Below, piece after piece: positions 46,934 through 56,104 of a stretch of 64,000 nucleotides of DNA. The number at the start of each line of letters is the position of its first letter. The stretch's first letter is position 1. The stretch covers positions 300,726 to 364,725 of the forward strand of contig CAYQUS010000001.1 in NCBI GenBank assembly GCA_964421015.1. Reading direction: 5' to 3'. The translations under genes were made by a program, and so were the position numbers. This DNA comes from an uncultured Planctomycetia bacterium. GTDB lineage: Bacteria; Omnitrophota; Gorgyraeia; Tantalellales; Tantalellaceae. The notes under the pieces are model-generated. The model searched no databases and had not been told where the DNA came from. It saw only the letters and a list, made by a program, of their open reading frames with translations.

Positions 46934-48238
46934 TCAAATGAGCTCATCTACATTGTCACAGACTTTTCGGAACGCCTCCACCACGTCATCAATATCCCTT
47001 TTTTTCATATCAGAATGCATAAGTTCGTGGGTTATTACTATCTTTTCGTGCATTTTCTCGGCAATCGGACAGAGCCCTTTACCGTAGCTGATTTCACCCT
47101 TGTACTTTTCACATTTCCAGGGACAACCGGTCTTACCATAAGCTATCCTTTCCCTGAAAATAGGCTGAAGGTAAAGCGGCCTAACATAACCCGCCCCCAC
47201 TTTTATCCCCTCCGTCTCTCTGCGGGTCGTAAATTCGAGCTCAGCCTTGACCGCCTCCACAAATCTGTCACGCCCTACGGGAGAAGCTTCCGGATTGTAT
47301 TTCAAAACATGTAGATAAAAAACATGTTTTGAAAAAGGCCTTGTGGGGGCTGCTTCCAGCAGACTCGATCCGGACAGACCTTTACAAATACGTTCCACAT
47401 TCTCTATTCTTCTGCCCACAAGGCGCTCTAGTTTCTTAAGCTGCTCCCGGGCCATCGCCGCCTCGATCTCTGTCATCCTGAAGTTATACCCTATCATATT
47501 AACCAGGGACTTAACACCCTTAGCCTCAGTCACAGCCTCCGCGTGGTTCCTTATTAAACGGAGTTTTTCAGCCAGATCATCTGAATCCGTGACGATAACC
47601 CCCCCCTCTCCCGTGTGAATATGTTTATGGTAATTCAAAGAATAAATCCCCATATCCCCCAGTGTGCCGGCATATTTTCCTTTGTATTTTGCTCCCGGCG
47701 CCTGAGCCGCGTCCTCTATCACAATTAGGCCGTGTTTTTCCGCGAGAGCTTTAACGGCATCGGCATCGTATGGCTGTCCGAAGATATCCACCGCTATTAT
47801 GGCCCTGGTCCTTGGTGTTATTTTCTCTTCAATAGACCTTGCCGAGATACAGAAATGATCCTCCTCTATGTCCGCGAAAACCGGGATAGCGTTAAAAATG
47901 AGAGGCGCCACCGCCGATGCCGACATCGTGTAAGGTGAAACGATTACCTCGTCCCCGGGCCCTAATCCGGCGGCTCCGACAGCGCAGTAAAGGCCGGAAG
48001 TGGCTGAATTTACTGCTACGGCGTGTTTTACCCCGAAATATTCCGCCCATTCTTCCTCAAGAGCCCTTACCTCAGACCCTCCGTAAAAATCCTCATGCCA
48101 TGCGCCCAGGAATTTGGAAAGTACTTTCGATCTTAAAACTCTCAGCGCCGCCTTTTCCTCTTCCCTGCCTACGGGAGAGTACGCCGGGAATTTAACATTC
48201 CTAACCTTAGAGCCTCCGTTAATAGCTAACTTCGCCAT
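46934..48238 (-). CDS. DegT/DnrJ/EryC1/StrS-family PLP-dependent sugar aminotransferase.
   Basis: 434 aa. FLGAWHEDFYGGSEVRALEEEWAEYFGVKHAVAVNSATSGLYCAV...DAAQAPGAKYKGKYAGTLGDMGIYSLNYHKHIHTGEGGVIVT. The PLP lysine context is conserved. Confidence 0.85.
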   Translation of the reverse strand: MAKLAINGGSKVRNVKFPAYSPVGREEEKAALRVLRSKVLSKFLGAWHEDFYGGSEVRALEEEWAEYFGVKHAVAVNSATSGLYCAVGAAGLGPGDEVIVSPYTMSASAVAPLIFNAIPVFADIEEDHFCISARSIEEKITPRTRAIIAVDIFGQPYDADAVKALAEKHGLIVIEDAAQAPGAKYKGKYAGTLGDMGIYSLNYHKHIHTGEGGVIVTDSDDLAEKLRLIRNHAEAVTEAKGVKSLVNMIGYNFRMTEIEAAMAREQLKKLERLVGRRIENVERICKGLSGSSLLEAAPTRPFSKHVFYLHVLKYNPEASPVGRDRFVEAVKAELEFTTRRETEGIKVGAGYVRPLYLQPIFRERIAYGKTGCPWKCEKYKGEISYGKGLCPIAEKMHEKIVITHELMHSDMKKRDIDDVVEAFRKVCDNVDELI

Positions 48239-49365
48239 ATGTTTTCCTCCACCAGAGAAACTATCCTTTCCGCCGCGTCCTTAATGAAATCAAAATCGCA
48301 CCCCACTGTGTTATTCCCCGTCAAAACCGAATTTATCCGCCTTTCCAGCTCGTTATATTCCGTAACCGTACTCAACGAACCTCTTTTAGACAATATAAAT
48401 GGGTCGGGACAGGACAGTCCTATTTGAACGCTTATTACCGGTTTTTTTAATATAGCCGCCTCGATAAGAAGCATAGAGGACATCCCTACCACAAGATCGG
48501 AAGAAGAAGCAAGGGTAAGAGAACTCGACGAACGGTCTACCTCAAACCTTAACTTTCCGACCTTTTTGCCGGCAATATCCGACCATTTTTCTTCTTTTTC
48601 CCTGGGGTGGGGTCTGACAACAATAATAAAATTTCCGGGAAATCCACGGGAAACAACTTCCAGGGACTTTTCTACCTCTGAAAATATTGTCATTTCATCA
48701 TAACCGAGCGTGTTGCCTTTTTCAGCCTTGCCGTAATCCTGCGATATGGGTTCTGAGACAAACACTATGACCTTGTCTTTTTCTCCCGCCCCCATAGAAT
48801 CTCTTAAATAATATATTTCACCTTGGGACAAGCGCTCCGCCTTCTCAAGGACCGTCTTAAAATGCGGCTGTCCGGTAACAACTATGGCCTCGGGGTCGAC
48901 ACCCTCGGAGACAGCCTCTTCTCTGGCTTTCTCATCCATGACAAGAACCTTAGAGGGGACATAATCCAGTTTCTTATTGTTTTTATAATCCCTCATGCCG
49001 GAGACCCCGTACTTGGAAAATCTTATCCCGTAATTAAGCCACTGGTCCAGTATAGCCATACTGAAAATACCAAGACCGCTGGCCTCTTTCCACATGTACC
49101 TTTCCGTCATGTCTTCAGCGCTGGTTCCTGTGATCAGGATATCCGGGGAAAGATCCGACAAAAAATCCCTTATCGATCCAGGGCTTATCACGGTAACCTC
49201 CGCGGCTATATCTTTGCCCTCGAGACCGTATCTTTTATACACTTCCATCGCTGTATCCTTGCCGTAAAGAAACACCTCGTATCCTTTCGCTCTGAGCGGT
49301 CCGGCCAAAGGCACAACGGTATTGGCACCTCCCGGATCTCTTGAAAAAAGCAGTATCTTAGGCAT
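48226..49365 (-). CDS. Hypothetical protein. Possible GT-B-fold glycosyltransferase/hydrolase-like protein.
   Basis: 379 aa. N-terminal KILLFSRDPGGANTVVPLAGPL resembles Rossmann starts of GT-B enzymes (MurG/PseG-like). No catalytic motif confirmed. Confidence 0.4.
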   Translation of the reverse strand: MPKILLFSRDPGGANTVVPLAGPLRAKGYEVFLYGKDTAMEVYKRYGLEGKDIAAEVTVISPGSIRDFLSDLSPDILITGTSAEDMTERYMWKEASGLGIFSMAILDQWLNYGIRFSKYGVSGMRDYKNNKKLDYVPSKVLVMDEKAREEAVSEGVDPEAIVVTGQPHFKTVLEKAERLSQGEIYYLRDSMGAGEKDKVIVFVSEPISQDYGKAEKGNTLGYDEMTIFSEVEKSLEVVSRGFPGNFIIVVRPHPREKEEKWSDIAGKKVGKLRFEVDRSSSSLTLASSSDLVVGMSSMLLIEAAILKKPVISVQIGLSCPDPFILSKRGSLSTVTEYNELERRINSVLTGNNTVGCDFDFIKDAAERIVSLVEENIWRS

Positions 49366-50332
49366 TTTTACCCTTTTTTATTTTTTCACAGGACGCGAGA
49401 GACAAAGAGGCTTCCCTGCCGCTGCACAAAGGCTCAGCTGCTCCTTTAAGGCAATCGTAAATATTCTTAGCGGCGTACAATAGACCTTTTCCAAGATCCG
49501 TTTCGATACAACTGGATAATCCAAGGATCTTGTATCCCTTAAAAACCGGGCTTGTTTTAACATCGTATTTTTCTATTCTGAACCCGGACTCCGTTATCCG
49601 TATCCTGGATTTTTGAAAAAAAAGATCAATTTCAAATACCGTATAATTGCCGCATGGTGCCGGAGCAAGGTAGAAATCCCCGCCGCTTATGCGTAAAAAA
49701 GCGGAAACCGACGGGTCCTGATCATAATAATCCTCTGTCTTTCCCAGGGAAACAGGAGTCCTTACTTCACCTAAAAGAAATCTCAGAAGATCAACCATGT
49801 GTGACCCATTGTGAAAAAGACCCTTTCCGTAATGACCTGTTCCCGTCACAAATTTGCCATACTTCCCGGAAGAGATATCTTTCCTTAACGCGTTAAACTC
49901 TGGAACAAACCTTCGGGTATAATTAACTATAAGCAGTATTTTTTTTCTAAAATAAAGTTCGGATATCTCACGACAGTGCCTCACAGATAAAGCAAGCGGT
50001 TTTTCACAAAAAACAAGCTTTATGGGGTATCTTGATATTTTCCTAAGTACTTCATAGTGCCCGCTATCAGGCACGGCCACCGAAACTACGTCCACCTTGC
50101 CGCTGGAAAAAGCTTCCTCTATAGACGCAAAAGCCTTGCCTCCCCAGGATCTGGAAGCCTTAATGGACCTTTTAACGTCGCTATCCACAAACCCGGCTAA
50201 CTTAAATCCCGGGCAAGCGGTATACGCGTGGGCATGGGTAAGGATTTTCTTGTCCGAAGGCCTGTCAAAAGAGGCTCCTATATTCCCCGCCCCGACAATA
50301 AGAACATTGTACCTCACACTTTCCTTACCCAT
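49358..50332 (-). CDS. Gfo/Idh/MocA-family oxidoreductase.
   Basis: 324 aa. YNVLIVGAGNIGASF Rossmann motif, EKPLA motif. Confidence 0.7.
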   Translation of the reverse strand: MGKESVRYNVLIVGAGNIGASFDRPSDKKILTHAHAYTACPGFKLAGFVDSDVKRSIKASRSWGGKAFASIEEAFSSGKVDVVSVAVPDSGHYEVLRKISRYPIKLVFCEKPLALSVRHCREISELYFRKKILLIVNYTRRFVPEFNALRKDISSGKYGKFVTGTGHYGKGLFHNGSHMVDLLRFLLGEVRTPVSLGKTEDYYDQDPSVSAFLRISGGDFYLAPAPCGNYTVFEIDLFFQKSRIRITESGFRIEKYDVKTSPVFKGYKILGLSSCIETDLGKGLLYAAKNIYDCLKGAAEPLCSGREASLSLASCEKIKKGKNA

Positions 50333-51032
50333 TCGCCTTCTCTCCCCTTAAAACCCGGTATTTGTACTCGGCCATCTTCCAATCTTCCTCATTATCGATA
50401 TCCTGCACTTCCGACTCGGGTATTTCTATGCCCACGGTATTATCCGTAAAAAGGGTTTTTTTGCGAATAAAACTCTCGGTTCTCAGCCAGTAAAATTGAC
50501 CGGCATCGTGATAGGCGGGCATAAGGTCCTGCGATCTTTTATCCCTGTTTTCCGGCCATATCATCGAAACCTTACCGGACTCTAACTTAAATGCCCTCTG
50601 TATGGGAAAACTGAACCTGACTACGGGAACCGCTGAATCAGCACTGCTATCTTCCAGAAGTTCGAGACTGCGTCTTATTTTATCCGGGGATATCAGAGGC
50701 GCTGTGGGGTATATACAGCATGCATACTTAAAGTCCCTCCCCCTTGCCGAATAATCATTTAATACCTCCAGCATGACCTCGGCCGTGGTTGAGTAGTCCC
50801 CGGAAGTGCCCCTTGACCGCAGAAAGGGAACTTTGGCTCCATATTTCCTGGCTATAGACGCTATATTTTCGTCCTCGGTGGACACCATGACCTCATCAAA
50901 ACACCCAGAAGCAAAGGCGGCGTCAATAGAATACTTTATTATCGGATTACCGAGAAAATTCCTTATATTCTTGCCGGGGATACGCTTAGATCCTCCCCTC
51001 GCCGTTATTACGGCTACAGTGTTTTCCGCCAT
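50325..51032 (-). CDS. pseF: Pseudaminic acid cytidylyltransferase (CMP-Pse synthetase, PseF; NeuA/KdsB family).
   Basis: AVITARGGSKRIPGKNIRNFLGNPIIKYSIDAA is the CTP_transf_3 signature. Start trimmed to MAENTVAV at 51032. The longest ORF starts at 51056. Confidence 0.75.
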   Translation of the reverse strand: MAENTVAVITARGGSKRIPGKNIRNFLGNPIIKYSIDAAFASGCFDEVMVSTEDENIASIARKYGAKVPFLRSRGTSGDYSTTAEVMLEVLNDYSARGRDFKYACCIYPTAPLISPDKIRRSLELLEDSSADSAVPVVRFSFPIQRAFKLESGKVSMIWPENRDKRSQDLMPAYHDAGQFYWLRTESFIRKKTLFTDNTVGIEIPESEVQDIDNEEDWKMAEYKYRVLRGEKANG

Positions 51033-51119
51033 AAATCCTCCATCACCCGGGCACACCCCGCTTCCCGCGGGCTATGCCCGGGATTTCAACGCTCCCTTTA
51101 TGTCACTCTTTCAGGACAG

Positions 51120-52322
51120 TTATGCCGACTTTTTCTTTTTCGTCGTCTTCGCTGCCAGTTTATAAGCCAGCTTGTAGACGTCTATCTTCTTTTTCGGCGG
51201 TTCCTGTTCCCATATGGGGGACTTTAGTTTCCACCTTTCTTTTCCGACTCGCTCCCACATGTCCCCCCTGAAACCATCGGCCACACGCCAGAATTCCTTT
51301 ACGCTTATGCCTATATAGTCACAGAAGGCTTTCACATATTTCGCGGAGCACTTCCCATCGAAGGCTTTAACAAGAGCAATAGCCTCATCTCTTGTTATCC
51401 TCCCGCTCCTTATATCGTAGCATGCGTGGTCGGTACACTGTCCGAAACCGAACTTTATATACTTCAGCATCTGATTCACCTGGACAAGATCGGAATCCAG
51501 CTGATAAAAGTTGCCGTATGTACCTATGTCTTTAGGGTCGTGATCTGCCGGCCTCACCTTCAACCCGTTGGCCATGGAGAACCTGACATTGTTGTACTGC
51601 GACCACTCCTTAGCGTAATACTGGAGCCACACCCCCCTTATACCCTTACTTTCCAGGCCTTCCCTGTCGTAGTGAAAAAGAAAAAGATCTTTCTCGGAAA
51701 TACCGTCTCCGACATACTTTTTCCAATCCTCCGAAAGGGTATTTAGTTTATTCGCGTTAAGAGCGTTATCGTTGGTTCCCACGCCGGTATTTCTTACACC
51801 AAGGGTCAACCCGGCATTCTCTCCCTGTATTATAAGCGGAATACCGAACCGCTCTGCCGCAATATATGTCGAAGCCCAGAGCGAGTATTCCGTGACCTTC
51901 ACAGGATTGAGAAATTTGTAAAAATCCCTCTTTACCACTTTTTTCATGATCTTCGGATTCGGCCTCAACTTTATAGTGTCAAACCCGAGGTTTATTATAT
52001 TCTCTATGTTCTTTGACCCGATAGCCGTTATCCCTTCAGGCTCGCTGTTCACAAGAAGGACACGAAGCCCTAGCCTGTCTCTCGCGTACAAGGCCTGAAA
52101 AGTAGAATCTTTACCACCACTTATCCCGACCGCGCAATCGTAGGGAGCCTTTGTGGTCTTCTTTGCCCACTCGGCTATATCGTGGAGTTCTTTCTCCCGC
52201 TTAACCCAATCGATCTGGCGATCTGATTCCTCCTCGTAGAGGCATGCCCCGCAGACTCCTTCTTCGTTGAAGTAGATCCCGGGTCTCGTATCCGGCTGAA
52301 CACATCTTTTGCAATACTTCAT
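51120..52322 (-). CDS. N-acetyl-sugar amidotransferase (PP-loop ATPase, WbpG/PseA-like). Converts an acetamido group to an acetamidino group.
   Basis: 400 aa. N-terminal Cys4 CKRCVQPDTRPGIYFNEEGVCGAC, then PP-loop GISGGKDS. This is the same arrangement as LPS/flagellin-glycan amidotransferases. Confidence 0.65.
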   Translation of the reverse strand: MKYCKRCVQPDTRPGIYFNEEGVCGACLYEEESDRQIDWVKREKELHDIAEWAKKTTKAPYDCAVGISGGKDSTFQALYARDRLGLRVLLVNSEPEGITAIGSKNIENIINLGFDTIKLRPNPKIMKKVVKRDFYKFLNPVKVTEYSLWASTYIAAERFGIPLIIQGENAGLTLGVRNTGVGTNDNALNANKLNTLSEDWKKYVGDGISEKDLFLFHYDREGLESKGIRGVWLQYYAKEWSQYNNVRFSMANGLKVRPADHDPKDIGTYGNFYQLDSDLVQVNQMLKYIKFGFGQCTDHACYDIRSGRITRDEAIALVKAFDGKCSAKYVKAFCDYIGISVKEFWRVADGFRGDMWERVGKERWKLKSPIWEQEPPKKKIDVYKLAYKLAAKTTKKKKSA

Positions 52323-52335
52323 TTTGATACCTCCG

Positions 52336-53367
52336 TTATTTTACGAGATCCAGTTTAATAGGAGTTCCTTTTGTAACGCCTCTTTTGGCTTTTTTGCCGG
52401 CAATTCGTTTAAAATACCTCGGCTCAAGCCCGAAACATGGCCGGATAGACCGAACGTTCTCCTCGTTTATCACCTCCCCCTTTTTAATATCCTTAACGGC
52501 AAATAAAGACCGTCGGAATACCCTGCTGGTTTTTTCCTTCTTTGTTGTGCCGTAACTTGCTTGTCCTAGAGCTTTCTCGACCACACGTATGTCCCTGACC
52601 AGCGCTTCAAGCTCAGAAGGTTCTATGGAGAAAAAACTGTCAGGAGTTTGTATTTTACGGTCAAGGGTGAAATGTTTTTCCACCATTACCGCTCCCAAGG
52701 CCGCCGCGGCTACCGAAGCGGCCGTATCAAGGGTGTGATCCGATATCCCGACCCGCGCGCCGAACCTTCTAGCCATATCCGGAATAGTTCTAAGGTTCAT
52801 CTCGGAGGGATCGGCAGGATAACTCGAAACACATTTCAAGAGGACCACTTCTCCTGCGCCGGCTCTTCTGGCGGCCATTACAGCCCGTTTTATCTCTCCG
52901 AGATCAGCCATTCCGGTCGAGAGAACCAAAGGCTTACCGGTTTTTGCGGCGTACTCGATAAGGGGTATATCCACAATCTCAAAAGACGCTATCTTGTGGA
53001 AAGGCACACCGATCCCCTCCAGAAAATCCACAGAACTTTTATCGTAGGCCGTTGAAAAAAAAGTTATTTTTTCATCGTCCGCTGTTTTTTTCAGCAACGG
53101 GAACCATTCCCAGGGGGTGAACGCCTTGGAATAAAGTTGATAAAGCGTCTGTCCACCCCACTTGGGGTGCCGTAACCTGAAAAACCTCTTATCCGAATCT
53201 ATCGTAAGGGTGTCGGGAGTATAGGTCTGGAATTTTACGGCGTCAGCCCCGCATTCTTTGGCCTTTTTTATCATGGCTACAGCCCTGGTAAGGTCCTGTC
53301 CGTGATTTGCGGAAACCTCGGCAGCAATGAAACAGCCTCTCTTATCGAACAGATTTTTTACGGCCAT
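52336..53367 (-). CDS. pseI: Pseudaminic acid synthase (NeuB-family, PseI).
   Basis: 343 aa. CFIAAEVSANHGQDL...AKECGADAVKFQT...IASFEIVDIPLI...PLVLSTGMA...DHTLD NeuB TIM-barrel motifs. A C-terminal SAF/antifreeze-like domain is present. The Pse context gives the assignment. Confidence 0.85.
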   Translation of the reverse strand: MAVKNLFDKRGCFIAAEVSANHGQDLTRAVAMIKKAKECGADAVKFQTYTPDTLTIDSDKRFFRLRHPKWGGQTLYQLYSKAFTPWEWFPLLKKTADDEKITFFSTAYDKSSVDFLEGIGVPFHKIASFEIVDIPLIEYAAKTGKPLVLSTGMADLGEIKRAVMAARRAGAGEVVLLKCVSSYPADPSEMNLRTIPDMARRFGARVGISDHTLDTAASVAAAALGAVMVEKHFTLDRKIQTPDSFFSIEPSELEALVRDIRVVEKALGQASYGTTKKEKTSRVFRRSLFAVKDIKKGEVINEENVRSIRPCFGLEPRYFKRIAGKKAKRGVTKGTPIKLDLVK

Positions 53368-53878
53368 TGGTCCTCCGCCATATTTTAAAAAGCGCTGACA
53401 GAAGGGCGCTCGCGTAATAGGGATACAGTCTGTTGTACGCCTCCTCCGGGGTAGATACTCCCCTAATATCTACGAATTCCTCAACGATAACCTTCCCGGC
53501 GTCAACTTCCTCGGTCATTAAGTGAACTCCCACACTTGCCTTAAAATTCTCCTCAGAAAGAGCTTTCCCCACAGGATCGGCACCTTTGTATTTGTAAAGA
53601 TACGGATGAACATTTATCGCTCCTACACGGGGTAGCGATATAATGTCATTTCCGGCTATTTCCCGCCCGTGAACACTGACAAGAAGATCTGATTTTTTTA
53701 GAAAATTCCTGAATGATTTCGTTTTTATGCTTCGGAATACAGGTATACCCAGCAACTTCAAGATCCTGTCGGTATCCTCGCTATAACTTACAGCGGCTAC
53801 TATGCCGCTTCCCGAGGCAAGGATAGTCATAACACCTAAAACACCGGCTTGTCTGCCTCCCATAAAACATGTCCTCAT
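53342..53878 (-). CDS. Formyltransferase-domain protein (Fmt/PurN fold) embedded in the Pse operon.
   Basis: GAINVHPYLYKYKGADP corresponds to the formyl_transf HxSLLPxxxG motif region. Start trimmed to MRTCFMGG at 53878 to avoid a 41-nt overlap with pseG. Confidence 0.55.
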   Translation of the reverse strand: MRTCFMGGRQAGVLGVMTILASGSGIVAAVSYSEDTDRILKLLGIPVFRSIKTKSFRNFLKKSDLLVSVHGREIAGNDIISLPRVGAINVHPYLYKYKGADPVGKALSEENFKASVGVHLMTEEVDAGKVIVEEFVDIRGVSTPEEAYNRLYPYYASALLSALFKIWRRTNGRKKSVR

Positions 53879-53885
53879 TTTGGTG

Positions 53886-54887
53886 TTAGGCCTCACGGCG
53901 CAACCTCCCCACAATACTGTCCGCAACTCGCATAGCCCCTTTCCCGTCTACCAGGGCATTCCCTGACAAGCTCATGGAAAGCCTGGTATTTTCATCTGAC
54001 AGTTCCATAATAAGCTTTTCCAGATTCTCCAGCGCGCCCGGATCATAACAATAGCCCGCATTTTTGATAAAACCGGCCTTTTCCCAGCCGTATATGTTAT
54101 TGCTCTGATTCTCGGCGACGGCAAATGTTATGGTGGGGACTCCCGTTCTGGCCAGTTCATAAAGTGTCTGGCCTCCGGCCGAAACGGCAAGATCAGCATC
54201 AAGCATGAGTTCTCTCATTGCCCCGTCGTCGGGATAGAATACGTACTTGATCTTTTCCCCTTCTCCGGGATTTGCAAGGAACTCTCCCTTAAAACCCTTT
54301 CCGACTACCACCGCAAGTTCAATTTCAGTAAATTTTTTCCTGAAAAGATCCACCACCTTATGTGTCATCCCGGCGGGGTCTTCCCCGCCAAAAGTAACCA
54401 TTACTTTCCTGACGGACTTTCTTATATGTTTACGAGACTCTTGCCAGAACGCCTTGCGTAAAGGTATGTACTGTGTGCCCAGAAGATACCTCATTCCCAC
54501 TGGACGAGGGTATGGCATGCTCTCCGCTCCGACGGAACCATTGATAACAACCCCTTTCGGGTATTCAATGCGCATCGTATCGTCAATGTATGCGGGAACC
54601 CCCGCTATTCTTGACACTTCGCTATAGAAACTAAAATCTGCATCATATGAATCAACTATAACAATGTCATCGCCTTTTATGTTTTTGAGTGCCGTCCGGC
54701 TGTGTTCTATCCAGTTTATGAGCTCATATTGGACCCCCGACAAAATATCTCCGGCGCTGCCATCCCCGTCCAGATAAAAAACTGCCTGGATCCCCCTTTC
54801 CTTAAAGGCCTGGGCGATAGAAAGACACCGTGTAACATGTCCCGCCCCTCTTCCCTTTCCGCCTTCTGTAAAAAAATAAGCTCTCAT
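53886..54887 (-). CDS. pseG: UDP-2,4-diacetamido-2,4,6-trideoxy-beta-L-altropyranose hydrolase (PseG, GT28-like fold).
   Basis: 333 aa. N-terminal YFFTEGGKGRGAGHVTRCLSIAQAF matches the PseG GxGHxxR start. It sits between the pseH-like and pseI genes. Confidence 0.7.
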   Translation of the reverse strand: MRAYFFTEGGKGRGAGHVTRCLSIAQAFKERGIQAVFYLDGDGSAGDILSGVQYELINWIEHSRTALKNIKGDDIVIVDSYDADFSFYSEVSRIAGVPAYIDDTMRIEYPKGVVINGSVGAESMPYPRPVGMRYLLGTQYIPLRKAFWQESRKHIRKSVRKVMVTFGGEDPAGMTHKVVDLFRKKFTEIELAVVVGKGFKGEFLANPGEGEKIKYVFYPDDGAMRELMLDADLAVSAGGQTLYELARTGVPTITFAVAENQSNNIYGWEKAGFIKNAGYCYDPGALENLEKLIMELSDENTRLSMSLSGNALVDGKGAMRVADSIVGRLRREA

Positions 54888-54888
54888 T

Positions 54889-55461
54889 TCACTCTTTGTT
54901 CTTTGTGTTGGATTTAGCGTATTTCACTATATCGAGATATTCTCCGTCCTTTAAAAAAACTTTTTTTTCTATACCCTCAAACAACATCCCGTTCTTTTCA
55001 GCAACCCTTATCATCGCTTTATTACGTGACGTCATCCCCGAAAAAACCCTGTTAAGCCCAAGCGTCTCGAAAGCGTATTCTGTCACAAGTCTGTACGCCT
55101 CAAGACCTATCCCCCTGCCCCAGACATCTTTCTCGCCGATAATTATGGATATTTCTCCGGAATTGTTCTCCCACGATATGGACAGACTTATATTACCAAC
55201 GTGCCGGCCGTCGGCCATGTTTATTATGGCAAATACCGCCTTGTCGCCGGACCTGTCCACCTCTTCCACATACCTGGCCGTTTTTTCTAAAGTGTTATCT
55301 CCCTGTCCGTGCCGATTGTCCCTGCAGACCTCTTTGTCGTTGAACCAGTCCGTGTAACGCTGGCTTACGTGCTTCAGAGAAAGCCCCTCGAGCCGGATAG
55401 TATCGCCGTTCAGCTCTGGCTCATCTATGACTTTTTTCATTCGTTCCCTGAATTTTTCCAT
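54889..55461 (-). CDS. pseH: GNAT-family N-acetyltransferase. Probably UDP-4-amino-4,6-dideoxy-N-acetyl-beta-L-altrosamine N-acetyltransferase (PseH).
   Basis: GNAT motif A region VWGRGIGLEAYRLVTEYAFETLGLNRV. Start trimmed to MEKFRERM at 55461. The longest ORF (55497) overlaps the upstream methylase by 32 nt. Confidence 0.6.
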   Translation of the reverse strand: MEKFRERMKKVIDEPELNGDTIRLEGLSLKHVSQRYTDWFNDKEVCRDNRHGQGDNTLEKTARYVEEVDRSGDKAVFAIINMADGRHVGNISLSISWENNSGEISIIIGEKDVWGRGIGLEAYRLVTEYAFETLGLNRVFSGMTSRNKAMIRVAEKNGMLFEGIEKKVFLKDGEYLDIVKYAKSNTKNKE

Positions 55462-55465
55462 AAAA

Positions 55466-56104
55466 CTATTTCCGTATGAGGTAAAACTTGTCGACATTAT
55501 CGCTGCCTATGTACTTAACCAGCCTATGCTTGATGATACGGCATTCGGGGAAACTCTCCTTGAACATCCCGGCAAAGTCCCCCTTCCACATCATATTGTT
55601 CCTGCCCCTGTAGGTTATTTCATGATATTCCGGTGAATAATACTCGTATCCCCATATGTACCGCGAACTTGTCCTGTAAATTTCAGAAAGAGCCTTACTT
55701 ATATCCTTCGGACTTATGTGTATCAAAACTCCCGCCGTGAACACAAGATCAAAAAACCCATCTTTAAATGGAATATCGAAGGCTGAGCCGCATATCACAT
55801 CTATCCCTTTCAGTCTCTTCTTGGCTTTTTCCACGGCATACCGGTTTATTTCTACCCCATAAAGATTTTTAAATCCCAACTTTTGAAACAAGGCCAGCTG
55901 GTTGCCGACATTCGAACCCACCTCGAGTATCCTCATGTCCTTATCCAGCTTACCGAGAAAGTCTCTAGTTATGCTGCTGGCCGTAATACCGTACATTTTT
56001 TTGTAAACCGCGTCTAATTTGCCGGGGGAAAAGGTGTTTCTCCCGACATATTTTCTGCCGAACTCACCGGTCCATTTCTCCAGCTGTTTTGTCATAATTT
56101 CCAT
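55466..56104 (-). CDS. Class I SAM-dependent methyltransferase (Pse-biosynthesis-associated methylase type).
   Basis: 212 aa. MRILEVGSNVGNQLALF...FDLVFTAGVLIHISP. Confidence 0.6.
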   Translation of the reverse strand: MEIMTKQLEKWTGEFGRKYVGRNTFSPGKLDAVYKKMYGITASSITRDFLGKLDKDMRILEVGSNVGNQLALFQKLGFKNLYGVEINRYAVEKAKKRLKGIDVICGSAFDIPFKDGFFDLVFTAGVLIHISPKDISKALSEIYRTSSRYIWGYEYYSPEYHEITYRGRNNMMWKGDFAGMFKESFPECRIIKHRLVKYIGSDNVDKFYLIRK

